In this document: positions 9,934 through 19,543 of the stretch, piece after piece | Layout of the letters: each line of letters opens with the position of its first letter | Numbering within the stretch: position 1 is the first letter of the stretch | From: Bacteroidia bacterium | GTDB taxonomy: Bacteria > Bacteroidota > Bacteroidia > NS11-12g > UBA955 | Direction: 5' to 3' | Assembly (NCBI GenBank): GCA_044357345.1 | Contig: JBIKPR010000003.1 | Location: 23,887 to 87,886 of the forward strand | Length of the DNA stretch: 64,000 nt | Notes under the pieces: model-generated | Seen by the model: only the letters and a program-made list of their open reading frames with translations | Told to the model about the DNA's origin: nothing | Databases searched by the model: none | Translations under genes and position numbers: made by a program

Positions 9934-11235
9934 ATGCGAATAGCTTGTATAGGTAATATGAATAATATTTTGTCACCTACTGCACAATATTTGGCAGTAA
10001 TGGGACATCATGTAGATTTGTTTTTATTATACGAATATGATCATTTTTTGCCTGAAGCAGACTATATTAATTCAGAAGATATTAAGTTTAACACCATAAA
10101 ATTAGAGATGAAGTTTGGTGAAGTGATGAACATTCCAATAAGTAAAATTACAAGCAATTTATTGGGATATGATTTTTATATCGGAACAGACTATGCACCT
10201 GCTATTTTGTCCAGAATCAATATTCGTTTAGATATGTATGCATGGGCAGGTACAGATTTATTTGACTGGCCATTTTATAAATCGAAGTTTGTAATTCCAC
10301 AATTATGGGAAATTGAAAAAATTCTAACTTCTAAATTGCAGAAAACGGGTATAAAAAACACACGTTACATGCCAATGAGTATAAACAATGATTTTATTTC
10401 AGAAGCAATTAGTAAAATTGGCTTTAAGGGAGAAGTTATAAATCCTTTGCCATTTTTATATTATCCAAATGTAGAGAGAAAAAATTCATTTAAATACCAA
10501 GATAAGGTTGAAAAAATTAAAAGTGAATCTGATTTACTTATTGTCCAACAAGGTCGTCAATGGTGGAAAACTGCCCCTAAACATATTTCAAAAGGAAACG
10601 ATGTATTTTTAAAAGGGGTGAGAAAGTTTTTGGATAATAACCAAAGTGTTAAAGTTGCAATTTTACTTTTTGAATATGGCGCAGATGTTGAGCATACAAA
10701 GCAATTAGCGGTAGAATTAGGTATAGATAAAAATATTTATTGGTTGTCACTTATGCTCAGAAAAGAATTGTTGTCAGTATTATCGTATGCAGATATTGGT
10801 GTTGGACAGTTTGGCGTAGAAAGCTGGTATTTGTATTGTTCAAATACTGAAATAATCGCATCAAAATGTATGTATATGGGATATAGACATGACGGTTATT
10901 ATAAATCAAAAAATGTAGATTTATATCCTATGTTAAATGCAAATAATGAAGATCAAATTGCAGAGAGGTTAGAGGATTTTCATAAAAACAAAGTAGAATT
11001 TAAACTCTCAGCTAAAAATGCTTATGATTGGCTTATTGATTATAATGAAAAGTATTTTCTGAATCAAATAAGAAGGATAATGGAGATAAAGTCAGTTCGA
11101 AGCTTACCATTGAAGGATAACTTTTTATTGGTTTTTTTAAAATCCAAATTGTTAATTGTAGCATTTATAAATAGGATTGTTTTGCTAACAAGAATCAATA
11201 TCCTAAAGAAATCAATATTGGAATGGGTAAAATAG
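9934..11235 (+). CDS. Hypothetical protein, possibly a GT-B glycosyltransferase with a hydrophobic C-terminal tail
   Basis: The N-terminus MRIACIGNMNN resembles GT4-type starts. The C-terminus (FLLVFLKSKLLIVAFINRIVLL) is hydrophobic. No decisive catalytic motif was recognised. I prefer the ATG at 9934 over the TTG at 9925. Confidence 0.3.
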   Translation: MRIACIGNMNNILSPTAQYLAVMGHHVDLFLLYEYDHFLPEADYINSEDIKFNTIKLEMKFGEVMNIPISKITSNLLGYDFYIGTDYAPAILSRINIRLDMYAWAGTDLFDWPFYKSKFVIPQLWEIEKILTSKLQKTGIKNTRYMPMSINNDFISEAISKIGFKGEVINPLPFLYYPNVERKNSFKYQDKVEKIKSESDLLIVQQGRQWWKTAPKHISKGNDVFLKGVRKFLDNNQSVKVAILLFEYGADVEHTKQLAVELGIDKNIYWLSLMLRKELLSVLSYADIGVGQFGVESWYLYCSNTEIIASKCMYMGYRHDGYYKSKNVDLYPMLNANNEDQIAERLEDFHKNKVEFKLSAKNAYDWLIDYNEKYFLNQIRRIMEIKSVRSLPLKDNFLLVFLKSKLLIVAFINRIVLLTRINILKKSILEWVK

Positions 11236-12425
11236 TTTTTTTATTCACCGATAAGTTCCCATTTAAAGGCGGCGAACCGTTTTTAGAAACAGAGATTCAT
11301 TATCTATCTCAGGCCTTTGACAAAGTAATTATCTACCCTTCCACTGGGCATGGGACAGAAATGTTAAGCATTCCACCTAATGTAGAAATAAGAGAATTTA
11401 AACTTAACCATCCTGTTTATTTAAGAAAATTAATGTTAAGATATTGGATGGTATTTCTAAAATGGTTTGTATCAGAATTTATCAAATCTCCGCATCGAAT
11501 AAAATACATTACAGAATTCAATTGGAATTTTAAGCGACTTGCAGGGTTGTTAAATAATGCAGTTTTAATTAAAAAAGAGTTCTCGGGAACCTCCGCCCTA
11601 TTATACTCATATTGGTTTAACGACTGGGCTTCTATACTAACAATAGCAAAGCAAATGGGAATGAAGGGAGAATTAGTATGTAGAACCCATGGATTTGATT
11701 TTGACGAACAGCAACAAGGCAGGGGTTACCACCCTTTTCGTTATGTTGAATTACCTTTTTTCAAAAAAGTACTGCAAGTATCTCAATATGGACAAACATA
11801 CATTCAAAAACGTTTCCCAAATTCATCAAACATTCAAGTTTCTAAATTAGGTGTAATTGAGAAGGGAAACAATCCTACTTCCAATAACAAAGTTTATCAA
11901 ATCGTTTCATGCTCTAATTTTGTTCCACTCAAAAGAGTTCAATTGATAGTTGAAATATTAGCCAATTTAAATATCCAATTTTATTGGACTCATTTTGGTA
12001 GTGGCGAAGGAATGATAGAATTAATACATAAGGCAGAAGGAATATTAAAAGAAGATGCTTTTACATTTAAAGGATATGTTGTCAACGCAGAATTAATGCA
12101 ATGGTATGAATATAATCATGTCGATTTATTTGTTAATGTAAGTAGTTTAGAGGGTTTGCCAGTAAGTTTAATGGAAGCTATCAGTTTTGGAATACCAGTT
12201 TTGGGTTGTAGTATTTGTGGTGTTCCTGAAATAGTAAATAAGCAAACTGGTGTTTTATTGGATTTGGATTTTGAACCTGCTCAAGCGGCCAACAAGATCG
12301 AAGAATTTTTAGAGTTAAATTCAAGAGATGAGACCTTTAGAAAAGGGGTGAAAGAATTTTGGAAAGAGAATTTTGATGCAGATAAAAATTATGGTGACTT
12401 TATGGAAGTATTAAAAGCAATTTAA
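11223..12425 (+). CDS. Glycosyltransferase family 4
   Basis: 400 aa. The C-terminal GT-B donor region is SSLEGLPVSLMEAISFGIPVLGCSICGVPEIV. It is a paralogue of 38737..39948. Confidence 0.8.
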   Translation: MGKIVFLFTDKFPFKGGEPFLETEIHYLSQAFDKVIIYPSTGHGTEMLSIPPNVEIREFKLNHPVYLRKLMLRYWMVFLKWFVSEFIKSPHRIKYITEFNWNFKRLAGLLNNAVLIKKEFSGTSALLYSYWFNDWASILTIAKQMGMKGELVCRTHGFDFDEQQQGRGYHPFRYVELPFFKKVLQVSQYGQTYIQKRFPNSSNIQVSKLGVIEKGNNPTSNNKVYQIVSCSNFVPLKRVQLIVEILANLNIQFYWTHFGSGEGMIELIHKAEGILKEDAFTFKGYVVNAELMQWYEYNHVDLFVNVSSLEGLPVSLMEAISFGIPVLGCSICGVPEIVNKQTGVLLDLDFEPAQAANKIEEFLELNSRDETFRKGVKEFWKENFDADKNYGDFMEVLKAI

Positions 12426-13541
12426 ATGAACTTTAATTCAACTTTAAATTACATTACGCCTTCTGCCTCCATGTCAAAGGGTTTAACCGAGGTGGAAGTT
12501 TTTGCAAATTTAGCCGTTGGCAGTCCAGATATTTTACCTCCAACAGAAATCAATACACTTTGTTTGGAATATTGCAAAAACCCTAATTTTGCTTACGGAC
12601 AAACCAAAGGCTCCACCAAAGCATTGACTAATTTACATAAGTTGGTTTTCAACAGCAATCCTAGCATAAATCCAAGCACACAAATAAGCTTATGCAATGG
12701 TGCTAAGTTTGGGGTTTATTTAACCCTAAAAACTATTTGTAATCCAGATGATCACGTTATGTTGTTGCAGCCTTATTGGCTAAGCTACCCAGATATTTGC
12801 AAAAGTCTTGGTTTGCGTTGGTCTGGATTTGAATACGACTTTAATTTAAATAACTATCATATTGAGAACTTAAAGAAATGCTTGCTATCATCAAATTCAA
12901 AAGTTTTAATGCTCAATAATCCGAACAACCCATCGGGGAAATTATTATCACCTGATTTTATAAGCGAAATCATTGGCTTTTGTGAGAATCTTGGAATTTG
13001 GGTAATTTTAGACGAGGTATATAAAGATCTTAATTTTGCTAAGCAAAATAATTTGCATGAAAATTTGAATGCTTCGAACCTAATAAGGATAGGTTCTTTG
13101 TCAAAATCTATGGCATTGGCAGGAATGCGTATTGGATATGTGCAAGGAAGTGAAGACTTTGTTTCTAACTTCAATTTGTTTAACCAACATATAAGTACCT
13201 GCATCAATAGTTTATCCATGTTTTTAATGGAAAATATGAGCAGAGATTGCTATGACTCCTTTTCGAAATATTGTGCAGAAACATATAAAGATCGCTATGA
13301 AACCGCAAAAGTCATTTTAAAAAGTAAGGGATATTCATTTTTGGAAAGCGAGTCTTCATTTTACCTCTTAGTTAAAGTGACACCTCATTATCAAGACATC
13401 GAAAGTGCTATAAAAGCTCTGGAACAAAAGGGCATTATCGTCACCCAAGGCGCTCATTATGGTGAACAATTTAAAGATTATTTCAGGGTATGTTTAACCT
13501 TGCCAAAAGCAAAACTTGAAGAAACTTTGAGTTTGTTTTAA
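12426..13541 (+). CDS. Class I/II (aspartate-aminotransferase fold) PLP aminotransferase
   Basis: 371 aa. It has NNPNNPSGK and the PLP-lysine context GSLSKSMALAGMRIGY. Confidence 0.7.
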   Translation: MNFNSTLNYITPSASMSKGLTEVEVFANLAVGSPDILPPTEINTLCLEYCKNPNFAYGQTKGSTKALTNLHKLVFNSNPSINPSTQISLCNGAKFGVYLTLKTICNPDDHVMLLQPYWLSYPDICKSLGLRWSGFEYDFNLNNYHIENLKKCLLSSNSKVLMLNNPNNPSGKLLSPDFISEIIGFCENLGIWVILDEVYKDLNFAKQNNLHENLNASNLIRIGSLSKSMALAGMRIGYVQGSEDFVSNFNLFNQHISTCINSLSMFLMENMSRDCYDSFSKYCAETYKDRYETAKVILKSKGYSFLESESSFYLLVKVTPHYQDIESAIKALEQKGIIVTQGAHYGEQFKDYFRVCLTLPKAKLEETLSLF

Positions 13542-13717
13542 ATAACACTAACAGACCATTAAAGACAAGATAAGAAATCTTATATAATTTCCTTTGCAAT
13601 TTAATCTTCTATTGTTTAGACTATCACATCAAATTCTAAAATGAAAAGGTAAAAACCTTCCAAAACCTATATAAATAATCAACTCTTAAAGTATACATTT
13701 AAACAAATAAATACAAA

Positions 13718-15607
13718 ATGTGCGGTATCTCTGGAATATATAACCTTAACAACACCCCCGTTTCATTAGAAACATTAAAAAGATTCACCGACTCAATGGT
13801 GCATCGCGGTCCCGATGGGGCAGGTTATGAATTGTTTGACAATGAAACACTTGGTTTGGGTCAGCGTCGTTTGTCAATTCTAGATTTATCTGAAAATGGA
13901 AAGCAACCTATGTCATACGCTGAGGGGCGTTTTTGGATAACCTACAATGGGGAAATTTTTAATTTTATAGATGTAAGAGTTGAACTACAAGGATTGGGTC
14001 ATACCTTCAAATCAGACACAGATACAGAAGTAATTCTAGTTGCTTATGCAGAATGGGGTAAAGCTTGCTTAGATAAATTCAATGGCATGTGGGCTTTTGC
14101 TATATGGGATGAACAAGAAAAAACATTATTTCTAGCTCGAGACAGATTTGGGATAAAACCATTGTATTACACACACCAAGCAAATAACTTTTTTGCTTTT
14201 GCTTCCGAAACAAGAGCATTTAAGTTTTTAGATGGATTTAAAAGAGAATTCGATGACGAATTACTCAGACTAAATCAAAAAGATTCTTATGCACTTGAAG
14301 GTTTAGGATACACACCTTTCAAAGATATTCTGCAGATCTTGCCGGGGCATTATCTGTATGTTACCAAAGAAAATGAAACCATTGAACAAAAACGTTGGTG
14401 GCACATAGATGACCATTTGCACAAAGAAATACCTAAAACATTTGAAGCACAAGCTGAGAAGTTTTATGAATTGTTCAGAGATGCATGCCGAATCAGGTTG
14501 GTGAGTGATGTTCCTGTAGCTACAGCTTTAAGTGGAGGATTGGATTCTTCTTCGGTATACAGCGTCGTTTATGACATTCTTCAAACAGAAAGTTTAGGCA
14601 GAGTAAACAAAGATTCCCAAAGGGCCTTTTCTGCCATTTTTCCTGGCCTGCCTCAAAATGAAAAAGAATACGCAGATGCCGCGGCTAAATTTGTAGGAGG
14701 CAATATAAATTATATTGAAACTGATTTCTCGGATTTGGGTAAGCAAATAGAAATAGATACAGAATTGTGTGATTTTATTTCACCTTCGCCAATAACAGCA
14801 GTTTCTGCAGTTTATAAGGGAATGAGAGAGAATGGAATTACTGTATCAATGGATGGACATGGGGTAGATGAGATGTTGTATGGCTACCGTGATATGGTTT
14901 ATAATCTATTTAATAATAACCTATACAATAATTATCCCAAGCAAAGAGAAGAAATTAAAAAGGTTTTAGTTGAAACCTACCATCCTGATAATAGAAAAGC
15001 TTTAATGGATAGATTAGAAAAAAATATTCAACAAGAGTCTGGACTTTTATCGGCTAGTAAAAGATTTGTCAAAGGGGTAGCACGTAAAATGTTTAAACCG
15101 GAAACCGATTTAATGCTTGGCTATTTGCCTTTTAAAATGCCAAAACCATTAGGAGAACCCTATGATTTTAGCCATAAACCGTTTGAAGAGCGAATGGTTT
15201 ACCATGAGTTTTTTGAACATTGTTTGCCAGCATTATTAAGAAATTTTGATCGAGCATCCATGATGAACAGTGTTGAAATTCGTATGCCATTTATGGATTG
15301 GCGTTTGGTAACTTATGTATTCTCTTTGCCTACAAGTACTAAAATAGGTCTAGGTTTTACAAAATTGTTGCTAAGAGAAGCCATGAAAGACAAAATGGAT
15401 GAAACCGTAAGAACAAGAACATTCAAGGTTGGCATAGGAAGTCCAGTGGAATTTTGGTTTAATGGGGCATTAAAAGAGTGGGTACTTGACACTGTAAAAG
15501 AACAAAAACAAAAGGATGAACTAATTCTTGCTTATAAATCAGGTGGGGCAGATGCCAATTTAGTTCGAGATACTTGGTTGAATGTCAACATAAATTTAAT
15601 GAAATAA
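13718..15607 (+). CDS. asnB: Asparagine synthase (glutamine-hydrolysing) family amidotransferase
   Basis: 629 aa. It has the MCGISG Cys2 Ntn nucleophile and the PP-loop ALSGGLDSS. It is preceded by a 176-bp gap, the only sizeable gap in the first 18 kb. In a glycan locus the likely substrate is a uronate carboxyl (inference). Confidence 0.85.
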   Translation: MCGISGIYNLNNTPVSLETLKRFTDSMVHRGPDGAGYELFDNETLGLGQRRLSILDLSENGKQPMSYAEGRFWITYNGEIFNFIDVRVELQGLGHTFKSDTDTEVILVAYAEWGKACLDKFNGMWAFAIWDEQEKTLFLARDRFGIKPLYYTHQANNFFAFASETRAFKFLDGFKREFDDELLRLNQKDSYALEGLGYTPFKDILQILPGHYLYVTKENETIEQKRWWHIDDHLHKEIPKTFEAQAEKFYELFRDACRIRLVSDVPVATALSGGLDSSSVYSVVYDILQTESLGRVNKDSQRAFSAIFPGLPQNEKEYADAAAKFVGGNINYIETDFSDLGKQIEIDTELCDFISPSPITAVSAVYKGMRENGITVSMDGHGVDEMLYGYRDMVYNLFNNNLYNNYPKQREEIKKVLVETYHPDNRKALMDRLEKNIQQESGLLSASKRFVKGVARKMFKPETDLMLGYLPFKMPKPLGEPYDFSHKPFEERMVYHEFFEHCLPALLRNFDRASMMNSVEIRMPFMDWRLVTYVFSLPTSTKIGLGFTKLLLREAMKDKMDETVRTRTFKVGIGSPVEFWFNGALKEWVLDTVKEQKQKDELILAYKSGGADANLVRDTWLNVNINLMK

Positions 15608-15660
15608 GTGTTTGGGAGAAACTTATTTAATGATATTATTGTAATCTAAATATAAAAAAA

Positions 15661-17487
15661 ATGTGTGGAATCTTTGGCATTATAGCTCAAAAAAATGTAG
15701 ATAAGTATGATTTAAATCAATTAGCAATTCATTCACAAAATAGAGGAAAAGATTCGAGTGGATTAATATATTTGAAAAAACATCAATACCAGATAATTCG
15801 AGCGGATTATAGTATTGAAAAATTGATTAACATAGTCAAACCCTATGATTCGACCATTGTATTAGGCCATAGTAGACTTATAACAAATGGATTGTCAGAT
15901 AATCAACCTGTAATTAGAGATAATATTTTTGTTTTACACAATGGAATTATTGTAAATGAAGGTGAAATATGGGAAAACTTATCCGTTGAAAGAAAGTATA
16001 AGATAGATTCAGAAGTTATAAATGCTATTACAATTGAACATTTAAATCAAAATAAACCAATTGAGCAGCTGGCGGAAGTGATTCTAGAAAAATGCAAAGG
16101 GGTTGTATCTTGTGCATTAGTAATTCAGAGTCTAGGTAAGTTAATATTGTTTTCAAATAATGGCAGCTTATATACCGGTAGTAAAGGCAATGCCATTTAT
16201 TTTGCATCTGAAAAATATCCGCTAAATAAAGTAGGTTGCTATCAAGTTACCCAGATTAATGGGTCATTTCAAATGATTGACATACCTATACCAAATGATT
16301 TAAATTACAATTTGAAGGATATAATAGGTAGAAAAGAAAATCTAATACCTGAATTTATTTTTGACAAAACACAGGCATCTTTACTTGAATATAAAACACA
16401 TAAAATTAAAAGATGTACGAAGTGTATTTTGCCTGAAACAATGCCTTTTATAAGATTTGATGAGTTTGGGGTTTGCAATTATTGTCATAATTATAAACCA
16501 CGAAATAATCCAAAACCCAAAGAAGAGTTATTTAAATTGGTAGAGCCCTACAGGAAAAAAGAGGGATTGGAATGTATAGTTCCTTTTTCTGGTGGAAGAG
16601 ACAGTTGTTATGGATTGCTTTTAGTAGCAAAGGAATTAGGATTAAGAGCTGTAACCTATACTTATGATTGGGGAATGGTTACGGACTTAGGAAGGAGAAA
16701 CATCAGTAGAATGTGTGGCGAACTAGGGGTAGAAAATATCATTATAGCCGCTGATATTTCAAAAAAAAGAAAAAATATTCGAATGAATTTAGAAGCATGG
16801 CTAAAGGCGCCTCATCTAGGAATGATGGCAATTTTAACTGCTGGTGATAAGCATTTTTTCCAACATATTGACGATGTAAAGAAGCAAACTGGTGTTGAAT
16901 TAAATCTTTGGGGTTTTAATCCTATGGAGACCACTTTTTTTAAAACTGGCTTTTTGGGGATTAAACCAGATTTTGAGGAAGAAAGAACATATAGCACAGG
17001 AGCAATGAAACAGTGGCATTATCACTTAAAGCGTTTCCGCGTCATGATGGATAGTCCGGGTTATTTTAATTCGTCACTTTGGGACACTTTATCTGGGGAG
17101 TATTATAGAAGTATTGTAAAGAAATTAGACTATTACCACATATTCGATTATTGGCGTTGGGAAGAAGATGTTATCAATGCAACATTAGTAAATGATTATG
17201 GATGGGAATTAGCGCCAGATACTAACACAACATGGCGAATAGGAGATGGAACTGCTGCGTTTTATAATTATGTGTATTATACTGTTGCAGGTTTTTCAGA
17301 ACACGATACATTTAGAAGTAACCAAATTAGAGAGGGGCAAATTACAAGAGAGAGGGCTCTAGAGTTGGTGGAAGATGAAAACCAACCAAGGTATCAAAAT
17401 ATCCGATGGTATTTAGATACCTTAGGTATAGATTTTGAAAGCGTTATTAAAATTGTAAATGCCATACCAAAATTGTATGAAAAATAG
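15661..17487 (+). CDS. Fusion of a class-II (Ntn) glutamine amidotransferase domain with a WbuX-like N-acetyl-sugar amidotransferase (Zn-ribbon plus PP-loop)
   Basis: 608 aa. The N-terminus is MCGIFGII. From about nt 16400 come RCTKCILPETMPFIRFDEFGVCNYCHNY (CxxC...CxxC) and the PP-loop VPFSGGRDSCYG. Confidence 0.7.
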   Translation: MCGIFGIIAQKNVDKYDLNQLAIHSQNRGKDSSGLIYLKKHQYQIIRADYSIEKLINIVKPYDSTIVLGHSRLITNGLSDNQPVIRDNIFVLHNGIIVNEGEIWENLSVERKYKIDSEVINAITIEHLNQNKPIEQLAEVILEKCKGVVSCALVIQSLGKLILFSNNGSLYTGSKGNAIYFASEKYPLNKVGCYQVTQINGSFQMIDIPIPNDLNYNLKDIIGRKENLIPEFIFDKTQASLLEYKTHKIKRCTKCILPETMPFIRFDEFGVCNYCHNYKPRNNPKPKEELFKLVEPYRKKEGLECIVPFSGGRDSCYGLLLVAKELGLRAVTYTYDWGMVTDLGRRNISRMCGELGVENIIIAADISKKRKNIRMNLEAWLKAPHLGMMAILTAGDKHFFQHIDDVKKQTGVELNLWGFNPMETTFFKTGFLGIKPDFEEERTYSTGAMKQWHYHLKRFRVMMDSPGYFNSSLWDTLSGEYYRSIVKKLDYYHIFDYWRWEEDVINATLVNDYGWELAPDTNTTWRIGDGTAAFYNYVYYTVAGFSEHDTFRSNQIREGQITRERALELVEDENQPRYQNIRWYLDTLGIDFESVIKIVNAIPKLYEK

Positions 17488-17496
17488 CAGTGTAAC

Positions 17497-18726
17497 TTGG
17501 AAGTTATTAGTTTGAAAATTACAATTGTTACATATACTTTTCCTCCATCAAATGAAATAGGAGGAAGAAGATGGGCTAAATTAAGTCAGTATTTATCTAA
17601 ACTAGGTCACGATGTTGGAGTAATTTGTTCAGATTATGGAGTAGATAATAAATGGTATGATTCTGATTTCAAAGATATTGATATTAATACATTACCAAAA
17701 AATTACCCTGATTGGTTAAATGGAATTAATTTAACTTTTAAGCAAAAGTGTTTTTATCATTTAACAATTTTAGCAAGCAGATTATTTAGTAAAAATAACA
17801 TATTTGATAAAAGTATTGCTTGGGAAACCCCCTTGTTAGAAATCTTAGAAACAATATATAATAAGAAGGGGATTGATGTTCTTGTCATGACTGGTGGCCC
17901 TTTCTCTTTGTTGCATTATGGGACATTGTTTAAGGAAAAACACAAAGAGGTAAAGCTGGTATGTGATTTTAGGGACCAATGGACATGGGGTAGTCTTTAT
18001 GGAATGGAAAATTTGCCAACTCGTCAAAAAAGCTATCAAGAATTTCAGGAAACTAGGGTAATGGAATTTGCTGATATTATTAGTTACTCGACACAAAGCA
18101 TAGGTGATTATTTAATTAAAAAGTATCCACAATCCGCACAAAATTTATATTTATTACCACATGCTTTTGATCCTATTAAATTTTCAAAACTAGATGATAC
18201 TGCTGATAGGTCTGGTTTTATTTATGGAGGCACAATATATGATGGTTTAGAACCTATATTCAATAAATTATTAAAACTTTTAAATAAGGATAATTTTAAT
18301 AATTTCAAGTGGGATATTTATACCAATCATTCTTACCCTTTGCTCCAAATAGAAAAAGCAAAGAGCAAAATTAAATTACTTCCTTTCATTCCGGAAGAAG
18401 ATTTATTTGTTAAAATCAAAAATGCAAAAGCATATTTGGTTTTTTTCCCTGAAAGTGAAAAAGATATAATCTCTACCAAGTTTTGTGAAATTATCTATAC
18501 TCAGACTCCAATAATATATGTTGGCGAGGAGGGTGCAGTTTCGAAATTTATTAAGGAGAAAAAAGTTGGCATTCATATATTGCCGGAAAATATTGATAAC
18601 GAATTGCCATTATACATCAATGGGGACGTCCCTGTTGATTTTAGTTTTTTTGATATAAATCAATTTTCATTTCCTCTAGTTACAAAAGGGTTTTCAGATA
18701 AATTAGAAATAATAAATAGTCAATAG
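17497..18726 (+). CDS. GT-B (GT4-like) glycosyltransferase
   Basis: The N-terminus is KITIVTYTFPPSNEIGGRRWAKLSQYLSKLGHDV. The start is uncertain: TTG at 17497 or TTG at 17512. Confidence 0.55.
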   Translation: MEVISLKITIVTYTFPPSNEIGGRRWAKLSQYLSKLGHDVGVICSDYGVDNKWYDSDFKDIDINTLPKNYPDWLNGINLTFKQKCFYHLTILASRLFSKNNIFDKSIAWETPLLEILETIYNKKGIDVLVMTGGPFSLLHYGTLFKEKHKEVKLVCDFRDQWTWGSLYGMENLPTRQKSYQEFQETRVMEFADIISYSTQSIGDYLIKKYPQSAQNLYLLPHAFDPIKFSKLDDTADRSGFIYGGTIYDGLEPIFNKLLKLLNKDNFNNFKWDIYTNHSYPLLQIEKAKSKIKLLPFIPEEDLFVKIKNAKAYLVFFPESEKDIISTKFCEIIYTQTPIIYVGEEGAVSKFIKEKKVGIHILPENIDNELPLYINGDVPVDFSFFDINQFSFPLVTKGFSDKLEIINSQ

Positions 18727-19156
18727 TTTAATATTGATAACGCCTAATTTATAAATTATTGGCATTTATTTTTTACTTAAAACAATAAAATTAATTAAAC
18801 TAACAAAGAATAAAAAAGCAAATCTTTTGTGAATGTATATGTGCTATAAAGATTGAGCTTAAGTTGTCTTAAGCCACCAAAAGGAAATTAAAAAATATGG
18901 AGTACCAAAATCTTTAAAAGAAGTATAGGCAGTCTGTTGATTTTTAAGTTTAACGTTAGCTTCTCAGGGTGAGTGCTAGATTCCTTAAGATCTATTAAAA
19001 TGAATTCAATGGACTAGTAAGACAAAATAATCTAGGTATGAATTTTGAGTTGACAAATACGAATCTTTTTTATAAGCCATAAATTAACACACTAATCAAG
19101 ATAAGTAAAATTCTGTGAACTAATTTGTAATCTATGAGAAAAAATAAAATAACAAA

Positions 19157-19307
19157 ATGAAAATAGGAATATTAGGTTTAGGTTATGTTGGCATAGTAAA
19201 TGTAGCCTGCTTATCAAAACAAGGGTATACTGTTTATTGTACAGATGTAAAAAAACAAAAAGTTACTGCTGTTAAAGAAGGCAAAAGTCCAATTTTAGAA
19301 CCGCAAG
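19157..19307 (+). pseudogene. 5' relic (first 50 codons) of an AlgD-like nucleotide-sugar dehydrogenase gene
   Basis: By manual alignment these 151 nt match 24743..24893 with 4 mismatches. The reading frame then runs straight into IS sequence. Confidence 0.85.
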
Positions 19308-19427
19308 CAAAATTCTAATTTTAAAAGCAGGGAGGCTAGCCTGCCTGCTTTTAAAGAACCTTTAATATTGAAGAATTAAATGAGAAACATTATCTTTGAA
19401 TCCTGTACTAAAAAAGGGAGGGTTACA
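19308..19427 (+). mobile_element. Relic of the last 120 bp (right end with IRR) of the IS3-family element
   Basis: These 120 nt match 29790..29909 with 1 mismatch, which lies in the hairpin stem. The relic ends with the same GGTTACA terminus. Confidence 0.85.
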
Positions 19428-19543
19428 GAGTCGTATTCATAGAACAAAAACATAAAAATTATAATCACCCAAATTAAATGAGAAATTTTGCAAAAAAAAT
19501 TTGAGGTGGAATAAAATGGTTGGCAACATTATACAAAATATAA

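Noticed and set aside
13542-13717. A promoter or terminator in the 176-bp gap upstream of asnB.
   Set aside because: Only a near-miss to the Bacteroidota -7 box (TACATTTA) was found, and no convincing hairpin. This is not enough to annotate.
18727-19134. A 400-bp non-coding stretch after the GT at 17497..18726, examined for gene relics, IS ends or RNA genes.
   Set aside because: I could recognise no similarity to the IS left end, to window genes or to structured RNA. Only weak AT-rich dyads were seen.
19373-19480. A 14-bp repeat, AATTAAATGAGAAA, inside the IS relic and again about 90 bp downstream.
   Set aside because: It is a short AT-rich match that is plausible by chance in this composition. 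It has no counterpart next to the intact IS.
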